From Mytilus trossulus (taxonomy: Eukaryota), in contig NC_086378.1 in assembly GCF_036588685.1 (NCBI RefSeq), forward strand, positions 29,016,001 through 29,080,000: a stretch of 64,000 bases of DNA. Reading direction: 5' to 3'. Below, one piece after another: positions 37,061-50,731 of this stretch. Position 1 is the first letter of the stretch; every line of letters begins with the position of its first letter. The notes beneath the pieces are model-generated. The model was not told where the DNA came from, ran no database searches, and saw nothing but the letters and a program-made list of their open reading frames with translations. Made by a program: the position numbers and the translations under genes.

Positions 37061-37709
37061 AAACATGTTAAACAAACTGCGATAACCCTCAGATCTGTAC
37101 TTAGTGCATGTCTTTCTGTTGTGTGTATGTATACGCACCCGTAGGCACGGTAGACGTCCACTCTGTTTTTTTTTTATAGATGCATTTCTATTTGTTTCCA
37201 TCTAATGAGTTTAGCCTTTTTCAAAGGATTTTTATAGTTTGTTCTTATGTTGTACTGCTACACTCCTGTCCCTGCTTAGGGAGGGGATGGGGTAATTGGT
37301 GCCAACACACTAGTGTATTCCCACCCCATTATGTATGTGCCGGTCCAATGTCAGGAGCCTGTAACATCAAAGCCTTTAAGGTTGTCGTTTGTTGCTGTGT
37401 TACATATTTGTTTTTCGATCATTATTTTCTACATGAATTAAGCCGGTAGTTTTCTCGTTTCATTTATTTTATATTTGTCATTTCGGGCCCTTTTATAGCT
37501 GACTATGCGGAATGGTCCTTATCCAGTGTTGAAGGTCATACTTATATAAGGCCTGACTTATAGTTGTTAATATCTGTGTCTTTGTTGATTTGTGGGTTCA
37601 TACATTACATGGATTTGTTTAACTTTCCCTAACCAGAAACCATTATTATTTCTGTGAAACATTTACAAACAAGAAAATTAATTCCGTCCTAGAGATGAAT
37701 ACATTTAAT

Positions 37710-38195
37710 TTACAATATATGAGTGACAAAACCATGAGGCATCGACTAGGATACTCCGTTAATATCAAGCATAGTTGCAAGAAAACTGAATTTACAAGGA
37801 ATGTTAATTTTTCCTGCCAATGGTCGGTGTGTTTTTCCTGGCATTTGTGCTTCCTTTATCAATAAAAGTGTTTGCCAGCTAATAGCATGAATAGGGCCGC
37901 AAGTGGCGGTAACAACAATTAAGCAATGGCAGGACTAAATTGACCATATTTTAGAATATACATTATTATTCGGGCAAAGTCATAGATGCAGGAAGAACAT
38001 AAATAACAAGCTTTTTTTGAAAAGTTTTCAACTGTGTCGTAATGCTGAATACTAATTAGGCTCATCATATTCATGTTGCACCGTTAGCTGCATATATATA
38101 TATATATATATATATTCAGTTTTCTTTCAACTATGCTTGATATTAACGGAGTATCCTAGTCGATGCCTCATGGTTTTGTCACTCATATATTGTAA
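37710..38195. repeat. 82-bp inverted duplication (37710-37791 vs 38114-38195), second copy embedded in (TA)n
   Basis: Reverse-complement identity with one mismatch. Confidence 0.92.
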
Positions 38196-38373
38196 TATAT
38201 ATATATATGAAAATAACTGTAGGAACATCTCTAGAATTATCATTATCTGTTTCTAGATTTTTTCCAAAACCCATAATATATGTATATGTATACAGATTAT
38301 GACATAATTTATAACTAGTAACCACAGACTTTTGCTTCCAAAGAATTGTTATATAGCCGTCAGTTGCAAATAG

Positions 38374-40558
38374 GAGGGTCTGAAGGGGGGGTCTGTTATT
38401 CTGTAAACATTTAATCTTCACCCCTTTTTTCAATATTCTTAAAAAAATTAGCCTATTCTTTATGTTTTACGCATTATTCTCAAATTTTTTCCCCAGTTTT
38501 ATTTAATCTTAAAAAAAAGTAAAAAACATTCTTTTAAATGAATGAGAACGGTGATTTCGAAACAACAGTAAGGCTTTCATTTGTTTCTCAACAATGACGT
38601 GTTGATGTGTATTGTTCTGCATAATTAAAGTGCTAGTTTCTCGAAGTAACAAGTCCAAGTTCTTATCAGTTCTTTCCAGTGATTTTGACTACACATAAGA
38701 AGATGTGGTGTAATTGCCAATGAGACAACTCTTCAAAGAGACCAAATGACGCAGAAACTAACAACTATAGGTCACTGTACGGAATTCAACAATGAGCAAA
38801 AGCCAACTGCATAGTCAGCTATAAACAGGGGCGGATTCAGGTTTTTCGAAGAGGGGCTGTAAATTATTTTGGGCCTATTTAGGACTTAAAACATAAAATA
38901 AGTGAAAAATGCACTTTTTAAACAGTTCCTGGCGTGGGGCATGCGTATTTTGTAGTTGCTGGTAAGGTGTAAGGGTTTGACATTTAAGATGATGTATCTC
39001 CCTATCAATTTCTATCATTGAATGATAGTTTGGATCCAAGAACTATGTACTGATACATTTAATGTGTGATTTGTCAGTAAAACATAGGCATGGAAAATTC
39101 TCGCACGTTTGTTGTAAGCTAAGTTAAAATAACCTCACAGAGTTCTTGTTGTTAACAAGATATACGTTGGGCTATTCGATTGAATTTGAAATACGACCGA
39201 CACAAGTTAAAAAAAAAGACAAACAAGCAATTCTTATCCAAATGTTTGGTTGATATGTTTCATCCAACAACATTAAGGGAAGTAAAGGGTTCCAACTCAA
39301 TCAAAGGCTAATAATGAGTCTGAAATGACAATGAATTTATGAATGCAGGCCGACAAATGAAGACATAAAGGCCACATCCAGCAGGCAGGTTGCAGTCTGG
39401 TCTTGAAAAAAAGTATTCCATATATATATCAGTTCGGCGAAACAGACATTACGGTCAGACATGAAAACCCCTGCCACAAAAAAATATGCCCGCTTTTATT
39501 CATCATGTTCATTTAATGCTTAATAATTCTGCTGGGAATTTTCGTTTCTAATAGCAAAAAAGTGGACAAGAATTTTGTTTTGGGTCTAGAATTTTTGTTT
39601 AAGGCAAAAATCAGAGTTATTTTTTTCTCTCTCAAATATCTAAGACTGTTTCCTCAAATTAAATGGTTCGTACTTACGACTTTAAATCTATATAGAGCTT
39701 ATACTGACTGGGAATTTTTATTCAGCTATATTATTTTAAAATAGACTGGGGCGTTTGGGGTTAAACAAATTTCCGTAGTTAGATACTATTGCTGTGGAAC
39801 TTTTTTCATGAGAGTGTAATAGCCTATAGAGCATTACTTTCTGTTTGGTAGAATAGTGAAAAAGAAGTCAATATGTTCTTGCTTAATCCTGCATGTGCCA
39901 TGATTTAATAATCGTCTACAGCCTACGCAATTATTAATGTGTTACTGTAATTCGAATTTCAAAATGACTGAGAGACGTTTTATTCGACGTACTGGAGGTC
40001 AACTCCACCATATCGAATCACATGACTTTGATAATCAGTAAATTCCAGCGAAAAATATCTCAGTTATAAGTCAAGAATTGTCGTATAAAAATTAAAGAGC
40101 AGTACACGGGAAATGGCAAAGTTCACCATGTTCACAAAGTCTAGTCTGATTAATCATTTATAAAAAAAAAAAAATTCCGGGCAAAAGGAGGGGGCGTACG
40201 CCCTCTTCGCCCCCCTTTGGATCCCCCACTGAATTAAAAGTCCGAGTAGAAATATCGAAAACCAGTTCACATTGACTGAATCCTATTGTCTGTTATCACG
40301 AAACCAAAATGGTTTATCAAGTTTGTTTTCACTTTTATCATATTTTTACAATGATAATTTTGATAATTTTCTTTAAATTTTAAGAAGGAAAAATTCTGTT
40401 AACAGTTAATTATTAGCGTTTTCTTTTATTAATCATTCAATATTCATTATATTTTTAGACCACGAATTTCTCTAATCTTTATTTTTTTGCCCATTATTCT
40501 CTTATCTTCATTTTTTAAGGGCATTATTCTCTAATCATTTAACCCCATCCAAACCCTC
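38374..40558. mobile_element. TIR element with apparent 6-bp TSD containing a dispersed repeat (38695-38825) and a GGATCC-type TIR element (38826-40231)
   Basis: gagggtctgaagggg / ccccatccaaaccctc, aaatag on both flanks; inner caggggcggattc / ggatcccccactg. Confidence 0.65.
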
Positions 40559-41404
40559 AAATAGAGGAGGCTCTCGAAAAAGAAATAATTGGACATATAT
40601 CTCTCTGCTGTGTGCAATTCTTTTTTCTAATAATTTATTAATTATTTTGGTTGATCCATATCATAATGTAAAAGAAACCAAAATTTGATTTGCACAAGTA
40701 AGTTTTTCCTAGGTGACTGCGGTCTGATACCGGATCTGTCGAACATAATTTATACATAATTGCTATTTTTAAAGTATTCGGGATTTCCGATTATTCTACT
40801 TTCACTATCGTCGTTAGCGCACGTCACACCTAGACGACAAGTCAACAGGTATGAATTAATGTAACAATGTGCGATATTATATTTCTGCATCCATTTCTTT
40901 CAGTATTATCACTGTATAACAATGACAATTTATTTAAGTCGAATTTATTTTTAACATCTAAGATTTACGTCCTTGCTAGTATCATATGTCAAATATCTAC
41001 AATTTGTCCGTTTGTTGTCCACATCTCTCCCCTTCGAAATAAATTATAAGGTGATGATGTTTTTATTTAATATTATGTATGCAAACTGGTAGATTGCTCC
41101 GTTATTAGGAAGCTGTGTTACTAACGTATTTAAAACGATCAGATTTAAAATGACAATCCCAATCTGAACACAAAGGAAGTGCTAGCTAGGACACCAAGAA
41201 GCATATTATTATTGTTGGAGGAAGCCTAAAAACTCAGAAAGAACTACCGAGACACCACAGAGATAGCTGAAGATTGATCTCCAGGTCAAAGTAGGCTTAT
41301 GATATGGACTTTGACCAGTCGAGGCCCGCAATGTAATCATTCAAGTTTAAACTCGGTACCAGAGAAGTGTGGTGGGTGAAAACAACCTTTGTGACGAACT
41401 GAAA

Positions 41405-41480
41405 TATCCAGCGTCCCGAATCAGGAGCGAACCTGGCACCTTCAGCACTGTAGTCATCGGTATATTAACCACAAAACCAT
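41405..41480 (-). mobile_element. tRNA-derived SINE head
   Basis: Minus strand tggttttgtggttaa (A box) ... ggttcgctcc (B box); no complete cloverleaf. Confidence 0.5.
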
Positions 41481-43413
41481 AGAAACTAATAACCCATACT
41501 GGTATGCATCTGATATATGTTCATTTATAATGGAATACCATAGAACTTTCCAAACTTAATTCCACTGAAATATTAATCTTATAATACCACCAAATATTTT
41601 CCTGTCCTTCAGCACAACTTTGAAGCTCTTATTCCGAATAAAAGACTGTAAAATTACAAATTCTCCATCATCCTGAATATCATATATACAACTTGTACAT
41701 TTAAATTACATTTCTGCATATATGTTATCTTAATCTTTATTTATCAAAATTTTCAACTGAAGTAACTTGTCGAGGTAATGTATATTCATCTGTTTATGCT
41801 ATTTATTTTATTTTTGATTGTTTAATTGTGCAAATCAGTGGTTCTAGCTATTATAAAGTGTGCAATTGTTTATATCACAATTTTCTAGATATCACTTCAC
41901 ATTTTTGATCTGTATATCTATTTTGACACAGTAGCTGCCTTTCAAGTGTGTCTTAGTATAATTTTATGTACCACATTTACATAAAAGTTCAACTTTGGAC
42001 GTTGTGAATATTATAATTAAACTGTCTCGAGTGGAGAAATATCGTAATACACTTGTTGCAGTAGTGGAATATATATTTATCACACTGTAGTCAATAGTGG
42101 GGTGTTCTTACTTTTTTGTGTTTAGCCAAAAATGGAATGATATTACAGAAATCATATGTTAATTGGAACTACTGTGTTGAATCTTCCTTGGGAGTTCGGT
42201 ATTTTTTGTAATTTTACTGCTATAATATACCCGCTTATGACTATAATATCTATTGTTTTGTTTGATTTGATTAGAGACTGTCGATATAGCATATGTACGT
42301 TTGTTTTCTACTGAATTATTGCTTTGTCTGTACATGTTATTGAACAAAATAAAACTTTTTGAATCAATTTAAGCCTTTAAAGGAAACATATCAGATGAAG
42401 GTAGACTGTTCGATCTTTGGTATTTGTTGAATTTGGTTTTATACTTTGAGATAATACGTTAACAGAACAAGTTGGATATGTGTCTTATATATATATATAT
42501 TCTGATACTGTTACTTGTCTACATTTAGCATTTCTTTGTTATTAAGATTAAACGTCCAGTTGTGGTTGTCTGATTTTTTGTTTGTTTGTTTAGATCTTTG
42601 CTTTTGTGATGACACTTTTCTTTGGTTGTAAAGTTTAATGGTTTAGTTAACTGTATTGTAAGGCATGGTTTACCAAAATTTGTAAATTATATGGATAATG
42701 ACTTGTTATCATGTCAATCAAGCGTGAAACATACACCACAAAGAGTTGTTGACAGGGTTCGTAACGTGTTAAGAGCATGGTACTCTTTTTACACCCGAGG
42801 CATCGGATTTAATCCCAATTCTGACCGGACGTTGTGCACTGCCAAACTGACTCCACACTTTGGCAAGCGGTTTACTGCCGATCGAAAGAAGACCAAGTGA
42901 CCATATTTCAATTCTCCAGTCACCATTGGGGGTAAATCCTCTCTGTACATAGTGGGGATTGTTTCTCATTTTTTTGTATAAAGTCTATTTGGGGCATGTG
43001 TTATGTGTTTTCACAGAACATGGATAGCACAGTTGCTCTATAGTTCTTGGAGTCTGTCTTACTTCCTTTGTTAGATATAATAATAAAATATTCTGGTATT
43101 GATATACTATGTATGATGATATTCACACAGGATAGTAAATAATACGTGAAGTTTTCTCCTGCATGTACTATGTGTTCAATTGATAGATCAAAACTACCAT
43201 ATGATGTTTCTGTATTAGTAATAGATTTTAATGCTTCAACAAGTTCTCATCTTACTATTGTTCTGTTTGAAACTTGATCGTGTAGATACGTTATTGCTTG
43301 GTAATCTACACCACATATGTTTCTGGTGCTATAAATCGTATGTAGTATTCTGAATTAGTTCAGTTAGGTTTGTTTTTTTAAAATATTCGTGACAACCTTT
43401 TACCACTTCCTCA

Positions 43414-44823
43414 TTTTTGTCTCGCCTTGACGGAGTCAAAAAGCGAGACATATGTATGCTGTTTCCGGTGTCGGCGGCGGCGATGGCGTCAACAATTTAT
43501 TAGTTTGTGATTAGCTCAGTTTTATGGGGAACCACTGGTGGTAAGTCAATGATAATTTAGTATGCAGATGTACTACCATTGCAATATCTCATTCACATGG
43601 AGATTATTTGGCTCCGCCCTTCATTCATGATCTATTGACTTTGAATGGTTTGCTTACTTTAAATGTATTAGTTTGTGATTAGGTCTAGTTTAAGGTCAAC
43701 CAAAAGTGGTGCATCAATCATACTTTGTATGCAGTTGTATAAGCATTGACATATCTTATTTCCATGGAAATTATTTGGCCCTGCCTTCTCAATCATGGTC
43801 TATTGACTTGGAAACTTTTGCTTATTTTACATGTATTAGTTTGTGATTAGGTCAGTTTATGGGAAGCCACAAGGTCAATGATATTTGGTATGCAGTTGTA
43901 TAAGCATATGCATATCTCAATTCCATGGAGATAAACTGGCTCCGCCTCCTTCATTGTCCTTAGTCATGGTCTATTAACCTGGAATTTTTTCTAAGTAATC
44001 ATGTTTAAGTTTTTGATTAGGTCAGTTCAAAGGGAACAATTAGTGGTAGGCTAAAGTTAATTGGTATTCAGTTGTATAAGCATTGGCACATCTAATTTCT
44101 ATGGAGAATATTTGGCCTCGTCCCTCAGTCAGTCCAATTACTTTGACACTTATCGTAGTTTACTTGTATTAGTTTGTAATTAGATCAGTTTAAGATGAAC
44201 TGCTAATTTTAAGTCCCAGAGTTCCAAATGGTGAAGTTGAAATCATCCCTTCGTAAATTTTACGGACGCCATTACGAGTTGGTTGACCGTTATGGAATAA
44301 CCGTTTCACAAATGATATCGGATATGTTCCTTACGTCGTAACTACAATCCCCTTCCCTTTCATGAAAGTGACCTACCGAATTGGACTATTTACAGGGTTT
44401 GTTATCACATAAACAACACGACTGGTGCCACATGTGGAGCAGGATCTGCTTACCCTTCCGGAGCGCCTGAGATCACGTCTAGTTTTTGGTGGGGTTCGTG
44501 TTGTTTATTCTTTTGTTTTCTATGTCGTGTCATGTGTACTATAATAATTGCTTGTCTGTTTGTCTTTTTCATTTTTAGCCATGGTGTTGTCAGTTTATTG
44601 TAGATTTATGAGTTTGACTGTCCATTTGGTATCTTTCGTCCCTCTTTTAAGTCACTATTTAATATTTGTTATGCAAATTTATTGACATTTTCAAGTTTGT
44701 TCCACATTGACTTTGAATATTTGCATAAGTTGTGTAAGATGTTAAAGTAAATTGCTATTTTGATTTCAACATTTGCATAATCAAAATTTCTAAAAAGGCG
44801 AGACATATCTTTGTGATAACAGT
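43414..44823 (+). mobile_element. HINE-like element with ~165-bp internal tandem units, interrupted by a Penelope fragment
   Basis: tttttgtctcgcc-hairpin-gcgagaca start, ggc microsatellite, ttagtttgtgattag at ~43500, 43668, 43836, 44008, 44169, terminal ggcgagaca. Confidence 0.8.
44220..44648 (+). mobile_element. 5'-truncated Penelope-like element 3' end
   Basis: Encodes FQMVKLKSSLRKFYGRHYELVDRYG (PLE RT C-terminal region) followed by the same tail as 56330-56745. Confidence 0.7.
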
Positions 44824-44890
44824 ATAATTATATGTTTTATCTGATACATGCAGATCTAGAGATGCAGATCACTGATAAAGACGTTTTTTT

Positions 44891-45014
44891 CAGTAGCGGA
44901 TCCAGCCATTTTAAAAAGGGGGTTCCTAACCCTAGACAAAAGGGGGGGGGGTTCCAATTACATGTCCCCATTCAAACGCATTGATCGTCCCCCCCACCAC
45001 TGGATCCGCGCCTG
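44891..45014. mobile_element. GGATCC-type short MITE; relative at ~4511-4665
   Basis: cagtagcggatccag / ctggatccgcgcctg termini. Confidence 0.65.
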
Positions 45015-46518
45015 TTTTTTTGTTATTTCTTAGTTGGTATATATTAGCCTTTTAGTATGTGTGTTTGCAGCTACCTTTCTGTCTTTCTATATTATATGTT
45101 TACGTTTGGTGTCTTTTCTGTTCATAATTTAGTTCTAAATAGTTTTCCAGTTTCCTTTTTATTAACAACCGATGGGTGTTACGGGTAATTTAATCTTCAG
45201 TCTTTTTTCATACGTTTTTAGCAGAGTATTTCTTTGTTCAATGTATTTGAAAGTACTTCCACTGTGTTCATTGTTTGTTAAATCAAGGACATAAATTAAA
45301 TTTTTTATCGTGTTGCTTTCAAGTTGTTTGTCCCATCTAATTCTTGATTGCACGTTCCATTGAAGTATATCTTTCTTTACAAACTGACAACGAAGTGCGA
45401 TCTTGTTTCTTATTACGTCCAGATTCATTGGCATTCACATGAATTAGTCTCATTTGTTGAAGAAAGAATCCTGATACTCTCTCATGCTACTGTTTGTTCA
45501 ATATCTCTTTGTGAGGAACATTGATGTGTATTTGTGTTTGCATCATGCTAGCTGAGTTGATCTCCTATGAAGTCAATATATTACGGTCAATTTGAAAAGA
45601 GGATTTGATTTTTTATTTCATTGGTTTTGATTATAAACACACAAATTCGTATTTGTATATTTTCTTTCAGTTTTTTCTTATCTTCAATATTTCTTTTCTT
45701 TTCTTAAGTTTTTGTTCTATCTGTTTTAAATCACCCTTTGTGAGATCATTTGGTAAAGAGGTACATAGGAATGTCTGGCAGGTGAGTATTCTCAGAATCA
45801 ACAGGCTTATTTTGGCTAACCCTCCTGCTGATGCATTGTATGAAGTTTTTCTTGATTTGAAGCATCAGTATAATTTTTTGTGTACATAGGTGTCATAAAG
45901 ATTGTTGATAAAGAGTTGTCTTCTGTAATTAGGTGCAAGGCCATACCCTATCTGGTTTTTGGGATCATTTAACGATGTACTTGCCTTCGTTAGGGACGCT
46001 GCTGTCAGATCTTTTGTTTGTCAATCGAAATCAATGCAATGTTTATTTCTCAGCTTGAACAGGTAAAATTCAAAACCATTAACGTTATACTACTGTTGTC
46101 TTTAGTTACATGGTTGGTCCATTAGAATTACGTGAGTTGTTGAATAAGTATTATTTTGGAATGCGTGTCCTAAACAAGTTAGTTTATATAAATTATTTTG
46201 TATAATTTCTCATTTAGTGATTTGAAGGTCACTAGTCGGCATTTAGGACTTCATCTTTAATGATTTTATGTATTTTGTGATGTCATCTATAATAAAGATG
46301 TTAATATTACAGGCGTCACTTACTGAGTCACTATCCCGAAAATTGCACCAGATGGCCATACACATATGATTTTTTTTTCTTGCGATGTTGTATTAGAAAT
46401 TGTTTAAAATTCAATCACTAGCCGAGGTAAGCATACAAAAGATCACACGATTGCACCCGAACCATACACGAAAACAATGAAAATATGTGAATTTTTATAA
46501 CGATGTGTATACGCAGGA

Positions 46519-48957
46519 GACACGAAAACAGTACGATCACTATACACTGACGTTTTGATAGTACAATGAGACACGAAAACAGTACGATGACTATACACTG
46601 ACGTTTTGATAGTGCAATGAGACACGAAAACAGTACGATGACTATACACTGACGTTTTGATAGTGCAATGAGACACGAAAACAGTACGATGACTATACAC
46701 TGACGTTTTGATAGTGCAATGAGACACGAAAACAGTACGATGACTATACACTGACGTTTTGATAGTGCAATGAGACACGAAAACAGTACGATGACTATAC
46801 ACTGACGTTTTGATAGTGCAATGAGACACGAAAACAGTACGATGACTATACACTGACGTTTTGATAGTGCAATGAGACACGAAAACAGTACGATGACTAT
46901 ACACTGACGTTTTGATAGTGCAATGAGACACGAAAACAGTACGATGACTATACACTGACGTTTTGATAGTGCAATGAGACACGAAAACAGTACGATGACT
47001 ATACACTGACGTTTTGATAGTGCAATGAGACACGAAAACAGTATGATGACTATACACTGACGTTTTGATAGTGCAATGAGACACGAAAACAGTACGATGA
47101 CTATACACTGACGTTTTGATAGTGCAATGAGACACGAAAACAGTACGATGACTATACACTGACGTTTTGATAGTGCAATGAGACACGAAAACAGTACGAT
47201 GACTATACACTGACGTTTTGATAGTGCAATGAGACACGAAAACAGTACGATGACTATACACTGACGTTTTGATAGTGCAATGAGACACGAAAACAGTACG
47301 ATGACTATACACTGACGTTTTGATAGTGCAATGAGACACGAAAACAGTACGATGACTATACACTGACGTTTTGATAGTGCAATGAGACACGAAAACAGTA
47401 CGATGACTATACACTGACGTTTTGATAGTGCAATGAGACACGAAAACAGTACGATGACTATACACTGACGTTTTGATAGTGCAATGAGACACGAAAACAG
47501 TACGATGACTATACACTGACGTTTTGATAGTGCAATGAGACACGAAAACAGTACGATGACTATACACTGACGTTTTGATAGTGCAATGAGACACGAAAAC
47601 AGTACGATGACTATACACTGACGTTTTGATAGTGCAATGAGACACGAAAACAGTACGATGACTATACACTGACGTTTTGATAGTGCAATGAGACACGAAA
47701 ACAGTACGATGACTATACACTGACGTTTTGATAGTGCAATGAGACACGAAAACAGTACGATGACTATACACTGACGTTTTGATAGTGCAATGAGACACGA
47801 AAACAGTACGATGACTATACACTGACGTTTTGATAGTGCAATGAGACACGAAAACAGTACGATGACTATACACTGACGTTTTGATAGTGCAATGAGACAC
47901 GAAAACAGTACGATGACTATACACTGACGTTTTGATAGTGCAATGAGACACGAAAACAGTACGATGACTATACACTGACGTTTTGATAGTGCAATGAGAC
48001 ACGAAAACAGTACGATGACTATACACTGACGTTTTGATAGTGCAATGAGACACGAAAACAGTACGATGACTATACACTGACGTTTTGATAGTGCAATGAG
48101 ACACGAAAACAGTACGATGACTATACACTGACGTTTTGATAGTGCAATGAGACACGAAAACAGTACGATGACTATACACTGACGTTTTGATAGTGCAATG
48201 AGACACGAAAACAGTACGATGACTATACACTGACGTTTTGATAGTGCAATGAGACACGAAAACAGTACGATGACTATACACTGACGTTTTGATAGTGCAA
48301 TGAGACACGAAAACAGTACGATGACTATACACTGACGTTTTGATAGTGCAATGAGACACGAAAACAGTACGATGACTATACACTGACGTTTTGATAGTGC
48401 AATGAGACACGAAAACAGTACGATGACTATACACTGACGTTTTGATAGTGCAATGAGACACGAAAACAGTACGATGACTATACACTGACGTTTTGATAGT
48501 GCAATGAGACACGAAAACAGTACGATGACTATACACTGACGTTTTGATAGTGCAATGAGACACGAAAACAGTACGATGACTATACACTGACGTTTTGATA
48601 GTGCAATGAGACACGAAAACAGTACGATGACTATACACTGACGTTTTGATAGTGCAATGAGACACGAAAACAGTACGATGACTATACACTGACGTTTTGA
48701 TAGTGCAATGAGACACGAAAACAGTACGATGACTATACACTGACGTTTTGATAGTGCAATGAGACACGAAAACAGTACGATGACTATACACTGACGTTTT
48801 GATAGTGCAATGAGACACGAAAACAGTACGATGACTATACACTGACGTTTTGATAGTGCAATGAGACACGAAAACAGTACGATGACTATACACTGACGTT
48901 TTGATAGTGCAATGAGACACGAAAACAGTACGATGACTATACACTGACGTTTGATAG
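46519..48957. repeat. Near-perfect 51-bp minisatellite, ~48 copies
   Basis: Unit gacacgaaaacagtacgatgactatacactgacgttttgatagtgcaatga; variants only at the ends and near 47044. Confidence 0.98.
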
Positions 48958-49509
48958 TAAAATGCGATCGAACGTTGCCACGAATCCATCACGAGATAGC
49001 CCGATGGTACAAAACTTCGGCAAGCCATGGGAAATTTAATATAATTACATTATATGTTGGTCTTTTACCCTCACTAAACAAGTCATTTTAGTATATGTAG
49101 TATAACGTAATCAGAGATTAATGTTTTTTATAATTAGATTGCAACCGAGGTGGATTAAACTTGGGATGTATAGCTAGATATACCTCTCACTTGTATGACA
49201 GTTGTATAAAATTTCCACTATTTTGACATCGATTTGTAAAAAATTTAAACATACATTATTGTAAAAATGTCAAAAAATAGGGGTACAGCGGTCAACATTG
49301 TGTTATGATCATAATTACTACAAAGAAACAATATATTAAAAGAAGCACAAAAATGTATATAGACAAAGCACATTAGCAAAAATAAAAGACAAGAATACAA
49401 ACAATTACCATAGTACAATAACACAATGACGTGATGTTTAAGTACAGAGCCACGTCATATGTAAAAAGAAACACAAAAAGGCATATAGACGTAGCACCTA
49501 ATAGCAATA

Positions 49510-50033
49510 GGGCTAGTGTCTTCGGTGTATGGAAGGACTGTAAGGTGTACATGTCCAACTGGCAGATGTCATCTGACCTTGACCTCATTTTCATGTTTCA
49601 GTGGTTATAGTTAAGTTTTTGTGTTTTGGTCTGTTTTTCTCATACTTTATGCAATAGATCTACTATATTTGTTGTATGGAATGATTATAAGGTGTACATG
49701 TCTAGCGGGCAGATGTCATCTGACCTTGACCGCATTTTCATGGTTGAATGGTCAGTTAAGTTTTTAAGTTTTGGTCAATTTATCTAATACTATATGCTAT
49801 AGGTCAACTATATTTGGTGTATGGAAGCATTGTTAGCTGTTACAGTACATGTCTGCTTGGCATGGTTTATCTGACCTTGACCTCATTTGAATGGTTCATT
49901 GGCCTTTGTTTAGTTATCTTTGTTAATGTTAAGTGCATGTGCCAGTTTTTAATAAAGCTTTATACTTAGGACTATCAACATAAAATCAATTATAAGTAAA
50001 GAAGGCGAGACATTTCAGTGTGTGCACTCTTGT
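49510..50033 (+). mobile_element. 3' part of a HINE-like element with ~150-bp units
   Basis: Three copies of ctgaccttgacc.cattt; terminus ggcgagacatttcagtgtgtgcactcttgtt. Confidence 0.65.
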
Positions 50034-50731
50034 TGTTGAATAGGTACAATTTGTGTACTCGGTGCAATTCTGGTACTGCGACCTGAAGTCTTTGACAAAA
50101 GTGAATATACCATTACAGCATGTGTTGAAATAAAAATCAAAACATTTTTGTTTATAAAAACATTACATAGAAGTTTCATACACTTCTATAGCTCTTCGCT
50201 GCGTTCTCTATGCAGCAACTATTGTTTTGTTATTTGGTCGTGTTTTTTTAGTTTTGTTGGATCATGACATGGCCAGTTTGTTTTCGACTGATGAATATAC
50301 CTTTGATATCTTTTGCCTCTCTTTACATTGATCTATGTATTTCAAAAACTATATGTTATGCCCATATGAAATACAACATATGTGACTACTTGTTTTTTTC
50401 CTTGCCAATGTTCAAACAATACATTAAACAAAAAAGGGTTTTATTACCTTGAAGTATGATGACTGAATTATCTAAATGTTGTTATATGACTTGAAACATA
50501 AAGCTTTGAAAGTCTCAAACTAAATTTGCTTTGGTTATAATAAACATCAATATCGAATTTTAATAGGGAGCTTCCAAATAAAAGCTTCTTTAAAGCGGTT
50601 ACTGGTATTACTGTATGTCAGTTCCTGCTAGTATAGTCCTTTGTTAATGCATGTTTTTCATTGGCATTTTTTCTTTGTCACTTTTGTAACCTATTCTAAT
50701 ATCGAATTCGGATTCCTTTGAACTGCTTTTA

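Noticed and set aside
46519-48957. CRISPR array
   Set aside because: Units are contiguous and identical with no unique spacers; eukaryotic context, no cas genes.
46443-49028. 861-aa ORF as a protein-coding gene
   Set aside because: It is the translation of a 51-bp (3n) satellite that lacks stops in one frame; no synonymous variation or domain signal.
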